Source of the DNA: Octopus vulgaris
Lineage: Eukaryota
Direction: 5' to 3'
DNA: 64,000 bases
NCBI GenBank assembly: GCA_951406725.2
Contig: OX597821.1
Span: forward strand, 89,094,001 to 89,158,000
A model generated the notes under the pieces. It was not told the origin of the DNA and did not search any database. It saw only the letters and a program-made list of their open reading frames with translations. Below, piece by piece: positions 1 through 14,599 of the stretch. The number at the start of each line of letters is the position of its first letter. Positions within the stretch are counted from its first letter, which is position 1. Position numbers and translations under genes: made by a program.

Positions 1-356
1 ATTATGCATACACAAAGACAAATTTAAGCAATGTTTTACCAAATCACTAAGCAATAAATATATACCCAGCCACAGTGAACCTAACATAAAAATGACATTA
101 CGTAAACTAACTTGAGTAAGGAACATTCTGAACTAAATTAAAAGATAAATCTTGAGTAAATAAATAAAATTTAATACACATTCTCATAAAAAAAATATGC
201 AAAATATAATAACCACTTCACAGCTAAATAGACAGTGAAGAGGTAGGAAAGTCATTGCCAATAATCAAATGCAAAATAGAAGCCAATAAACAAACACAAA
301 GATTGCAATTGCATGAAGTACGAACCGCGAAATAAAGATTCACTTTCAATAAAAAG

Positions 357-3248
<2,892 letters not shown>

Positions 3249-3514
3249 TCAATATAGGGTGGCAAAAAAATTTTGTAGAATTCTTTTGCCACCAGCGGCC
3301 TAGTGGGAAAAAATTAAATAGTCATAGACCATTTTTAAGTTCAACATCGACAATCAAGGAACGGCCATAATAGGCCATTCACCCACTAGAAATAACAGCC
3401 AAAGCTTCAACCGCAAATAAAAATTAATTCCGTAAACCAGGGAGAAAATTTAAAAAACATTTACCTTGTAATTTCTTATACGATATACCGTTTCATCTGC
3501 TGATTAATGGTAAA

Positions 3515-3549
<35 letters not shown>

Positions 3550-3876
3550 GACCTAAAATTTTCAAATCGTCACACTCGCGCCAAATTTATCGGCAGCAAA
3601 TAAATATAAGCCGTCGATTCCATTACGGAATTAACCAGAAAATTCATAATTAATCAATATAGGGTGGCAAAAAAAATTTTGTAGAATTCTTTTGCCACCA
3701 GCGGCCTAGTGGGAAAAAATTAAATAGTCATAGACCATTTTTAAGTTCAACATCGACAATCAAGGAACGGCCATAATAGGGCCATTCACCCACTAGAAAT
3801 AACAGCCAAAGCTTCAACCGCAAATAAAAATTAATTCCGTAAACCAGGAGAAAATTTAAAAAACATTTACCTTGTA

Positions 3877-3983
3877 ATTTCTTATACGATATACCGTTTC
3901 ATCTGCTGATTAATGGTAAACTAACCTGATTAAATTAAATCAAGCCAATCTTCCAAAGGCCCTCAGATTCTTCAGTAAGAAAT
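3877..3983 (-). ncRNA. Type I hammerhead ribozyme (minus-strand copy)
   Basis: Reverse complement of 4269-4375. Confidence 0.85.
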
Positions 3984-4268
3984 AGCCCAAGTCGGAACAG
4001 ATATTTTCACGAGGCAAATCCGACCTTGCCAAGGTTATATCTGACCTAAAATTTTCAAATCGTCGCACTCGCGCCAAATTTATCGGCAGCAAATAAATAT
4101 AAGCCGTCGATTCCATTACGGAATCGACGGAATCGACGGAATCGACGGCTTATATTTATTTGCTGCCGATAAATTTGGCGCGAGTGCGACGATTTGAAAA
4201 TTTTAGGTCAGATATAACCTTGGCAAGGTCGGATTTGCCTCGTGAAAATATCTGTTCCGACTTGGGCT

Positions 4269-4375
4269 ATTTCTTACTGAAGAATCTGAGGGCCTTTGGA
4301 AGATTGGCTTGATTTAATTTAATCAGGTTAGTTTACCATTAATCAGCAGATGAAACGGTATATCGTATAAGAAAT
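4269..4375 (+). ncRNA. Type I hammerhead ribozyme
   Basis: Stem I ATTTCTTA(4269-76)/TAAGAAAT(4368-75); core CTGAAGA 4277-83; stem II ATCTG(4284-88)/CAGAT(4347-51); GAAA 4352-55; short stem III ACGGT-AT-ATCGT; GUA cleavage triplet 4365-67. Confidence 0.88.
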
Positions 4376-4759
4376 TACAAGGTAAATGTTTTTTAAATTT
4401 TCTCCTGGTTTACGGAATTAATTTTTATTTGCGGTTGAAGCTTTGGCTGTTATTTCTAGTGGGTGAATGGCCTATTATGGCCGTTCCTTGATTGTCGATG
4501 TTGAACTTAAAAATGGTCTATGACTATTTAATTTTTTCCCACTAGGCCGCTGGTGGCAAAAGAATTCTACAAAATTTTTTTGCTACCCTATATTGATTAA
4601 TTATGAATTTTCTGGTTAATTCCGTAATGGAATCGACGGCTTATATTTATTTGCTGCCGATAAATTTGGCGCGAGTGCGACGATTTGAAAATTTTAGGTC
4701 AGATATAACCTTGGCAAGGTCGGATTTGCCTCGTGAAAATATCTGTTCCGACTTGGGCT

Positions 4760-4866
4760 ATTTCTTACTGAAGAATCTGAGGGCCTTTGGAAGATTGGCT
4801 TGATTTAATTTAATCAGGTTAGTTTACCATTAATCAGCAGATGAAACGGTATATCGTATAAGAAAT
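4760..4866 (+). ncRNA. Type I hammerhead ribozyme (second tandem copy)
   Basis: Same motif 491 nt downstream; predicted cleavage after 4858. Confidence 0.88.
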
Positions 4867-4963
4867 TACAAGGTAAATGTTTTTTAAATTTTCTCCTGGT
4901 TTACGGAATTAATTTTTATTTGCGGTTGAAGCTTTGGCTGTTATTTCTAGTGGGTGAATGGCC

Positions 4964-4965
<2 letters not shown>

Positions 4966-5014
<49 letters not shown>

Positions 5015-5066
5015 ATATATATATATAGACATATATGCATACATATGCATGTACGTGTATTTATGT

Positions 5067-5152
<86 letters not shown>
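4966..5152. repeat. (TA)n-rich microsatellite
   Basis: Seen directly. Confidence 0.95.
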
Positions 5153-5156
<4 letters not shown>

Positions 5157-5719
5157 ATAATGGAGAAATTATACAGGATGTATAAGTAGATGATGTATAA
5201 TTCCCGGGAAAGCGGGGCTTATCCCTTGGTTCCGTTCCCATAATTGTTTCACTAATCCAATAACAACAATATAAAGTATGTAACCCTTATAACGTTTTTT
5301 TTAATGCATTTACACAGAATACCGAACTGTCTTACACAGGATCTTGTTTTTACGAATTCCCAATGAGTTATGAATACCCAAATTGTGAAGTCAGTTATGC
5401 AATGAGAGGAAATTAGCTACTTAATAGTAAGAATTCAAATAAAGTAGCCCTGAAAAGGGCTTTAATAAGTTCCCAGAGTATATAGAACTTCGGAGGAAAC
5501 ACTAATAAGGTATGTATACTAAATTCGAGAAGCACATTACGTAATACATTGCTAATCAGATATGAGATAATAACAATTCAAAGTAAATAACTCTGAAAAG
5601 GGATTTTTGGGCGTTCCCAGAGAATATTACCCTCAGCGGCGCTTGTGTTGGTATATTCGTGAATAAGTCACTAACCGAAATATGTCGATCTATTGCTTAG
5701 GAAAATACTATTTACTTGT

Positions 5720-6050
5720 TTAAGGGTGGTACTGTATAAATTTCGGAAATAGCTCTAACAGTTCAAAAACTAAGAAATAAGCATACAAAATTTAATTTAT
5801 ACCAAATGATTTAGGAAAATGAATGCATTATTTCCCTTGGCTGTTAAAATCTGGGGGAATGGGTTACTTCCCTTGGCTGTTGAAATGAAATGTATTAGAT
5901 ATATTTAAGGATCCCTTCCAGGGGCCCTATTATCGATTTTTTTTTCAACAATCTGAGTATGCCATGAGGTTTCCAGACGTGTTTTACTCACGTGTCAAGT
6001 TTCATCAATATCGTTAAGACGATGTAGGAGGAGTTAGCTAACAACTCCTC
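5720..6050 (+). mobile_element. Possible Helitron/Helentron-type non-autonomous relic
   Basis: TGTCAAGTTTCATCAA...GTAGGAGGAGTTAG motif resembles invertebrate Helitron-like repeats; ends not defined. Confidence 0.3.
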
Positions 6051-6951
6051 AAACTCACCTACAGAAGGAATTTCCCACAGATCATGTGTTTTGGCTGTAA
6101 TCTTGTTATATACCCGTCTGGTTAGGGACTGAAACGCCTCAATTTTGAATTATTATTATCTTTCTTTAAGCATTGCAAACATTTATAAATATATGGCAAA
6201 TAACTGTCGATATATATGAACACACACACAGACATATAGTTATATACTTACAATATATTTGTACATGTAAACATACATAAACAGACATACACACTCAAAA
6301 CATTGATCTAAAATTTTATTCTCACATCTTCACTTATCTCCTGGTAGTGGGGGTTTAACATTAGACTATAAGCCTTTCTCTGTTAATCCCTTTATGCTTT
6401 TAGTTATTTGATCAAGTGCTGCTTGTCCAGAACACCAATTGGCGTCCAATTAAGCTGTAACAGATTCAGAGATAGAACAGTAGCTGGTAATGGTTAACAT
6501 TGTCATCTGTGTTCCAGCCACACACTTAAATCTATATACATTGTTAGCTGGAAGCTTTCCAATTAGAAGACCAGTACAATATTTGGTGGTGGTAGTGGTT
6601 GTGGTTGTAGTGGTGGTACTGCAGCTGTTGCTGCTGTTGATGGTGTTGTTGCTTGTCTTATTTTTTCTTGTTGTGTGTTGTGTGTTTTCTTGCTGCTGTG
6701 TTGTTGGTGGTAAAAGTAATAATGGTGGTGTTGGTAGTGGTAGAGTTCCTCATAATCTCTCCGTCGTCTCAATGCTGTAAGACAAAGAGAGAGAGTGTTG
6801 TGAGATAATAAGACAGAAAGAAATTACCAAAAGTAGCAAGGACACCAAAAGAAGTGAAAGTGAAAGAAAGGAAAGATACGAAAAATATAATTGGAAGAAG
6901 GGATTTCAGCATTTGAGGAAAGGACACTTAACAATGCGGCCATGCAATTGT

Positions 6952-6997
<46 letters not shown>

Positions 6998-7007
6998 CAG
7001 TAGTAGT

Positions 7008-7089
<82 letters not shown>

Positions 7090-7103
7090 TCAGCAGCAGC
7101 AGC
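6952..7103. repeat. (TAG)n/(CAG)n compound trinucleotide repeat
   Basis: Seen directly. Confidence 0.97.
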
Positions 7104-8311
7104 ACTTGCTACTGAGTTTGATATTTGAAGAAGCCTACCAAATCTTCAGCATAAATGTTCTTATTTCACCCGAGGTCAACTTTGATCGAGTAGACACATG
7201 ATCAAAGAGTTTCTACCTTTGACTCTCCTATTTCTCTTTATTTTTTCTTTTGTATATCCGGGAATAATTATCCAATATATACTTCCTGTTTTTGAAATAG
7301 CTACCTGCAATTTTGAAGAGAATTTGGTTGCTATTTTTATATAGCGAGTGCACAACCTTCGTAAATCAGCGGTAGGTTGTTTTGGTTTCTCATATACTGG
7401 TAACGAATTAATGCTCTTAAAATTGTGCCTTATAAACTATCTAAGGTAAAATTATAATGTACTCTTTCATCATTCAGTGCAGCCACATCACCATCAGTCA
7501 TTTCGGTATATTTCATCCTTAAATAACTGCTTGAGATGCTGTCTTGAGTGTTAGTCAGCATAGGAAGAGAGCCGATCGGCTAGGAACTAGCAACGGATCT
7601 AACGATCCATAGAAGATCATCAGCTCCACAGGTCGTTCCTCTAGAAATGACAACTAAATCTCCTGCAAATTTCATTCTCTATCTCAGGTACAATTTGTGC
7701 AGTTCCACCACGACGTATGATATATATTGGTAGAAATCACATTGTGAAATGAATTTACCGGTCTCTTAAGCGCATTTTTGGAAAAATTTGAGCTAAGTCA
7801 CTGGCCAAAGGATAAATATATCCTTTCGTCCGTTTTACAATATTAAAGTGTGGACCCTTGAAAAGTTTCATAGGAGCTGACCGGCATTTCTGCCTAAATC
7901 ATTAGAAAACCTAGCGTTGTAGAAATGGCAAAAGTTTTGTCACCTACATAGCGATTGTCGGTGATTCAGTCCATTTCGGTGCATTCGTTGATGACCGTAG
8001 TTTGAATTCTATTTGCACAACTGTATTAGGTGAAATTATAAGAAAATGACTGGGCAACGTTTCAATGCATTTATAACTATTTTGGCAATAATTCTCAAAA
8101 GTAGTACCTTGCATGACTTGATAATTTTAGCATTAAGACCTACAAGATAAAATTACATTTATATATTAGTGCAGTACTACATTGAAGTCGCTACACTTCG
8201 CTTTTAATGTTCCCTGGGCGGATGAAGTAAATACCAGTTAAATGATAATATGGGTGTATTCGTTTTTATTTGTATTTCAAGGCATCCTTGTATATATGCT
8301 AGGAAGCATTA

Positions 8312-8708
8312 TCTTTATATATAAAAGTGAGGTTGTGTGCTGTCTGTCTCCTACGATATAGATTCCTAACTACTCCCACATTTTGCGGTGCAGTTTAACC
8401 AAAACCGGGTATCTTATAGTCGTGATTCATATCAAGCCCTTCTGAGTATTAGCGCGCGTCTACGATGAGTCTACGATTTAAAAAAAAAATTACCATCAAT
8501 TTTTCCCATTTTTAATGCATTTTTGGCATATATAAGGGAAGTAACTCTCTAAAAATTTATTATTAAATCTCAGAACGTAAAAAGCTACAGTAACACCGCC
8601 CCCCCTTTGTGATTAGCCATATTGAGATGGCTATTATACTTTACATCTCTAAAAATGCTTATAGTTATTTCCCTTACAAACCCGAGCAACGCCGGGCGAT
8701 ACTGCTAG
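8312..8708 (+). mobile_element. Non-autonomous Helitron (~400 bp)
   Basis: A|TC 5' end (TCTTTATATATAAAAG), GC hairpin CCCG-agcaacgc-CGGG at 8681-8696, 3' end CTAG|T, no TSD. Confidence 0.85.
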
Positions 8709-9555
8709 TTATATATAAAGTGTAGTGTGCTGGATTTCAGGAAAACAATATTGTAGCACAAATGATTGGCGTTATTTAGTTATGTCCCTTTATATTGTGA
8801 ATTCAAATATGGTTATGATTGTCCTTCTATGGTCGATAAGCTGTGTACAAGTCACGTACTGACATCGATTAAATCGACTAAACCATTCTACTGAAGGTTT
8901 GTGGCTTCGTGCCAAAGTTAGAGATCGTTATTAAATTTATATTTTATAATTTTCCTTAAAATAAGTCTGTCTATTCAACCACTAATTAAATGGAACAATT
9001 TTAGGTATGTTATTAATGACTAATAATTCACAGAAACTAAACGTAAACGAATTAGAAATAACAATGTACCAATTTGCTGTTGGGCAAAAATGCAAGTTAT
9101 GTGGGTTATTCAAGTGTACTTATTATTCTCATTCAGAAATATATCAGAACAAATATATGAAAACAAGAAAGATATTTTAGAAGGATTGTTTAATATTTTT
9201 TTATAATTTAAAGAGAATTACTAACAACGATGGAAATGATGGATCCAAATCTTTAACAAAAATAAATAGACACAATGTAATGACAACTTCAAAGAAAATA
9301 AATGCCGTCAGTTTGCAACATAAAAATTAATAGAACATCCTAAGAACCAGTCGATAATTTTAAATATTTGGGAACCATCATTGCATCAGATGAGAAAAAA
9401 AAATTAAATCGATGGTTAGCCTAGCCAAATCTGTTTCCGATGAGATCAAACGTATATTGTCAGATAAATAGCTATGAATAATATGAAGAAAAGAATCCTA
9501 GGGACATATTCATAATCACTCTCTCCCTCTCCCTCTCTTCTTCCTCTTTCACTGT

Positions 9556-9573
9556 ATACATATATATGTATGC

Positions 9574-9627
<54 letters not shown>

Positions 9628-9772
9628 CGTTCGAAAAATGTTCGTTTTCTAAGTTTTTGCATTTCATGTTCTCGTTTCTCATTTTGTTGATGATTTTGAT
9701 GTCCTGTAACCATATATGCATGAATATATACATATATATATGTGTAGGTATGTACATATGCATATGTATATA

Positions 9773-9870
<98 letters not shown>

Positions 9871-9902
9871 CATGTATGTATGTATGTGTGATGTATGTAG
9901 TA
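9556..9902. repeat. (TA)n/(TATG)n microsatellite cluster
   Basis: Seen directly. Confidence 0.9.
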
Positions 9903-10372
9903 TGTATATATTTATATATATGGTTGTATAGACTGCAATTGTAACAAAGAGGTTTCAATTCTGCAGAGGTGGGATTCCTTAAACCACTGCTAAAGTCGGT
10001 ATATGCGGATGGGGGTGTTGTGGGGTGTCATTAATATGTTGCTGTAATGCTGTATCGATCAGACTCTCAGGTGTTGTTATATGTTTTCTTGAATAATTCG
10101 ATCTGTTCAATTAGCCCGACCGGATGATGATGAGTGATTCGAAAGAAATTTTACTGCTGCTTCTTGCAAGTTGAATAACTGTATCAAAGTTACCACGATG
10201 CTGAAAGGGAGGCTTTTCGCCATTCTTGCAGTCTGAAGGAGGAGAGAGCAGGGTCATCAAGAAGTGTTTAGTACAAATTTTAGGAAGCAATATATGATAG
10301 TGAGAGAAAAGATAGTTACAATCGCTGGGTTTAAGATGCAGTAATAACAAACCTAGGTGTATATCCTTTCTA

Positions 10373-10925
10373 TTGGGTTGTCCGGAAAGTTCGTGCCGAT
10401 TTTTAGAGGAAAGAAAAAGGTCATTACATTTTTAATCAACCAAATATGAAGCATGTTGTTGCATAATGCATCTTCATCTTTCCTTTAACTTGGAAATACC
10501 CTCTTCCTAGAATTGAGGTGGTTTCAGGGCAAAGAATTCATCAAGGTAAATTTTTACGTCATCCAAGAAATTGAAATTTTTTACCATTAAGACTATTCTG
10601 CAGAGACCTGAATTTGTGCAAATCCGAAGGAGCAATATCTGGTGAATATGGAGGATGGGGTAACACACCTCAGCCGAGCTGCAGCAATTTTTGTTTAGTT
10701 CTCAAGGCATCAAGTGCTGAAAAGGAACTTTCTTATCTTCCATTTTAAAGGGTTACAGAATTAACACAGGTTTTAGGAGCATAAATCTACTTCCACGAAA
10801 AGATAGCTTAAACTGTACTCTAAATGGAGGTGTAGTCAAATCCTATTTTATGGACTCAAACATGTTCTAAAATAAGTCGAAAGGTAAGTTGTTATAAATC
10901 GGCACAAACTTTCCGGACAACCCAA
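10373..10925 (-). mobile_element. Internally deleted mariner transposon with intact TIRs and TA TSD
   Basis: TA|TTGGGTTGTCCGGAAAGTTCGTGCCGATTT ... AAATCGGCACAAACTTTCCGGACAACCCAA|TA; minus strand encodes VLPHPPYSPDIAPSD..FRSLQNSL (mariner YSPDLAP motif). Confidence 0.92.
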
Positions 10926-10930
10926 TAGAA

Positions 10931-11130
10931 TTGGCACAAGGCCTGAAACGTTGTAGGAGGGGGATAGTTGAAAACAATGAGCTCAGTCACAACTGGTACT
11001 TATTTTATCGACCCCGAAATTTTGATAGACTAAGTCGACCTCAGCAGAATTTGAACTCAGAACGTAAAGACAGAAAAAATTCTACTAAGCATTTTACTCG
11101 GTATGCTAACTGTTCTGCCAGCTCACCACC
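10931..11130 (-). mobile_element. SINE family C (Meta-domain-like), degraded
   Basis: ACTGGTACTTATTTTATCGACCCCGAAA...GTCGACCTC..GAATTTGAACTCAGAACGTAA shared with other family C copies. Confidence 0.8.
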
Positions 11131-12016
11131 TGACAGTATATCACCAACAGAAGAAACTAACATACGGAAGAGCGTGTCTGTGTGCCAGTTGTTGTGTGGC
11201 GTATTGGTATACAGGTTTCTACCAATCAGATTTTAGGATGGAGTCTATGGTTTTTACACGGATAAAATACATGAACTTCCTTGTAATATGGATCCTGAGC
11301 GTTGAAGAAAATCAGTAATTGGTGTGAGCTGAGGTATTTCCTAATTCTGAAGAAAAAAAATCTAGTCTTTGTTTTGTAGCTTTTGTCATGTTTATATATA
11401 GAATCTCTTTAGAATATTATCAAGAATTTTAATGACCAGCATTCATAAGGACTGTTTTTCTGTATGTGCTATGCGTGCGTAGATAGGGTTTAGCCATTGC
11501 CTCCTCTATACAACTATTGCGACTGTACTGTTGGTGATTAAAAGAGACTAGTTTATTATGGCCCCCTTGGAGGACGTGTTTCTGTAACCACTGTATGTTT
11601 AGTGTAAGATGTTTTATGATATCTATGTTATATGTAAATGACATGTACATATAAGAAAATTAAAGGGTGTGTGAATAGCAATGCCACCAGCAAAAAAAAT
11701 ATAGTGCCATTAAAGCATTAACAGTGGCATTAAGGGTGTAATTAAGGTACAGAGAGAAGAGTATAAGAGACATTACCAAACCGTTAGCCGTAACCCACAT
11801 AACAAAATATGGTTTTGCGAGAGCATCGCTGACGCATTATTACGAAACTTGAAGGACAAATGATAATGTGAATGAAACCCATAGGCAAGCAACTTTTTCA
11901 GCAAGTTCATATGTTTCACGCATTTAGGGGCATTTTTGATTAAGTATTTGCGAAGTTGCTATGGTCGAGATTGTAGTCTGGGAGGGGTTTGAAATCATTT
12001 CATTACATCAGAAATG

Positions 12017-12405
12017 GGATTGAAGCACTCCGTCGGTTACGACGATGAGGGTTTCGGTTGATCCGAATCAACGGAACAGCCTGCTCGTGAAATTAACGTG
12101 TAAGTGGCTGAGCACTCCACTGACACGTGCACCCTTAACGTAGTTCTCGGGGATATTCAGCGTGACACAGAGAGTGACAAGGCCGGCCCCTTGAAATATA
12201 GGTACAACAGAAATAGGAAGTAAGAGTGAGAGAAAGTTGTGGTGAAAGAGTACAGCAGGGATCACCACCATCCCCTGCCGGAGCCTCGTGGAGCTTTTAG
12301 GTGTTTTCGCTCAATAAACACTCATAACGCCCGGTCTGGGAATCGAAACCGCGATCCTATGACCGCGAGTCCGCTGCCCTAACCACTGGGCCATTGCGCC
12401 TCCAC
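12017..12405 (-). mobile_element. tRNA-derived SINE family A, full length
   Basis: A/B boxes; TSD ATCAGAAATG at 12007-16 and 12409-18; near-identical to 48101-48486. Confidence 0.92.
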
Positions 12406-13027
12406 TGTATCAGAAATGCAATCTCAACAACACTGTGACCCTTTTCATTTAATCAATGTGTCTTTTGAGGTTCTGTATCAATATATTATGCAGGTAAGAC
12501 AATTACTCATGTGCTTACAGGTATACATCCAGCATTTCTACACAACTTGAACAGAAACAATTTAATGTGAGATTATAGTCAAACAAATAAAACTTGCCGT
12601 TTCGAAACAATCAATTTGTCATTTCATAAAGATTTATTCAAAAGCATATTAAGAATAGAATTATAAATTTGAATTTTTGTCTGCAAATTAAAATTGAATT
12701 TTATTCTATATTCATTTGATATATTAAAACGTTTTCTGTGACGATTAATTGCTGAGTCACTGATTGTAACGTAAACTTATTTATAAACAGTTAAATCACT
12801 GCTAACATAATATAGTGAACGAATTCATTTAATTAATCACTTAATGTAAAGCGATATTTCAAAGTTGTCGTTCCTACTTTTCTTGATTAGAATTAAGCAT
12901 TAAGCGAAAGCTTATTTCTACTCACTGCAGGAGGTCATGTTGATTGATTAAGATATTTTTGCTCACAACGTTAAATATGCTCGCACTAATTTAACCATTC
13001 TTTTTCTATATGGATAGTGTTCCTACA

Positions 13028-13352
13028 GTGAAGGCGCGTGACTTAGTGGTTAGGGTATTCGGCTCACAGTCGTAGGGTTATGAGTTCAATTCCTGGCGAT
13101 GTGTTGTGTCCTTGAGCAAAATATTTTATTTCTCGTTGCTCCAGCCAACTCAGCTGGCAAAAATGTATAAGCCTCCTATTTCAAAGGGCCAGCGTTTTCA
13201 CACTCTGTCAAACTGAATCTCTCTGCGAACTGCGTTAAGGGTAGTAAACGTGTTTGTGGAGTACTCAGCCACTTTCACGTTAATTTCACGAGCAATCTGT
13301 TCCGTTGATCGGATTAACTAGAATCCTCATCATCGTAACCGACGGAATGCCA
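13028..13352 (+). mobile_element. tRNA-derived SINE family A-related (CORE-like centre)
   Basis: A/B boxes, GTGTCCTTGAGCAA centre, 3' tail shared with the 12017 copy. Confidence 0.85.
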
Positions 13353-13757
13353 GTTGTAGTGTTTCTATATAACTTCCCACAAACATGCTTTATGAAACAA
13401 TTTTATGTGATTTCAAAAGTTGATCTGACAACTTTTAATTATCTAAAATATAACGGACAAAGGAAAATATAATATATTTCAAATCATGGAATTAAATTAA
13501 GTCAGATATGTATCTCCCACTCTTCAAAAGAATTTGTTTGTTAATGGCGTGTAAGAGTAATTAATGAGACACATGGCGACCAAATCTTACTTCACACGAA
13601 AGCTCATAAGCTTTTAATCCTGTTTAGTTTTTTAGGGTTCATGCCCTGCGACTATAAATATAGTGCGTGTAATGTTCAATAAATTAATTTGGCATTCTCA
13701 TACCGAAATATTTAGCAAACAGCGTACATGACATCTTCATGCATACACACACATAAG

Positions 13758-14237
<480 letters not shown>

Positions 14238-14599
14238 TTTGTGTGCGTATGTCTACTATTTGTATTTGTTGAGTACCTTCATGTAAAACTTTAAGTGCTG
14301 AATGTTTATGTTTGTTAGAAGTGTGTGGCGTCCATTGGAATTGTTTGTTGACATACATGGTTATTGCCCCATACCCACAGGTATAGTGCATTTTTAAAGT
14401 TTCATTTAGACTTCCACGGATTTTATTTATAAACTAATAATGATCGCAAGTAATATCAACTACTGACTTCTAAAAAGATTTCTCTTTCTTTCTTTCCTTC
14501 TCTCTCTCTTTCTTTCTCTCCTTCTCTTTCTTTCTTTCTCTCTCTCTCTCTCTCTCTCCCATCCCCTCTCTCTCCTACTCTCTTTTTGTACAGATACCT

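Larger units (their letters stand above)
3240..4969. mobile_element. Hammerhead-bearing 491-bp tandem repeat in fold-back arrangement (retrozyme / Penelope-like pseudo-LTR array)
   Basis: Two partial units 3240-4119 and two inverted units 4138-4969; period 491 (4269 vs 4760); copies differ at only a few positions; bounded by (TA)n. Confidence 0.85.

Noticed and set aside
4603-4803. 66-aa ORF in the ribozyme repeat
   Set aside because: No recognisable motifs; overlaps the structured RNA; probably incidental
12470-12493. 24-nt in-frame micro-exon candidate (VLYQYIMQ) with CAG|GTAAGA donor
   Set aside because: Weak GAG acceptor and no partner exons; expected by chance in 64 kb
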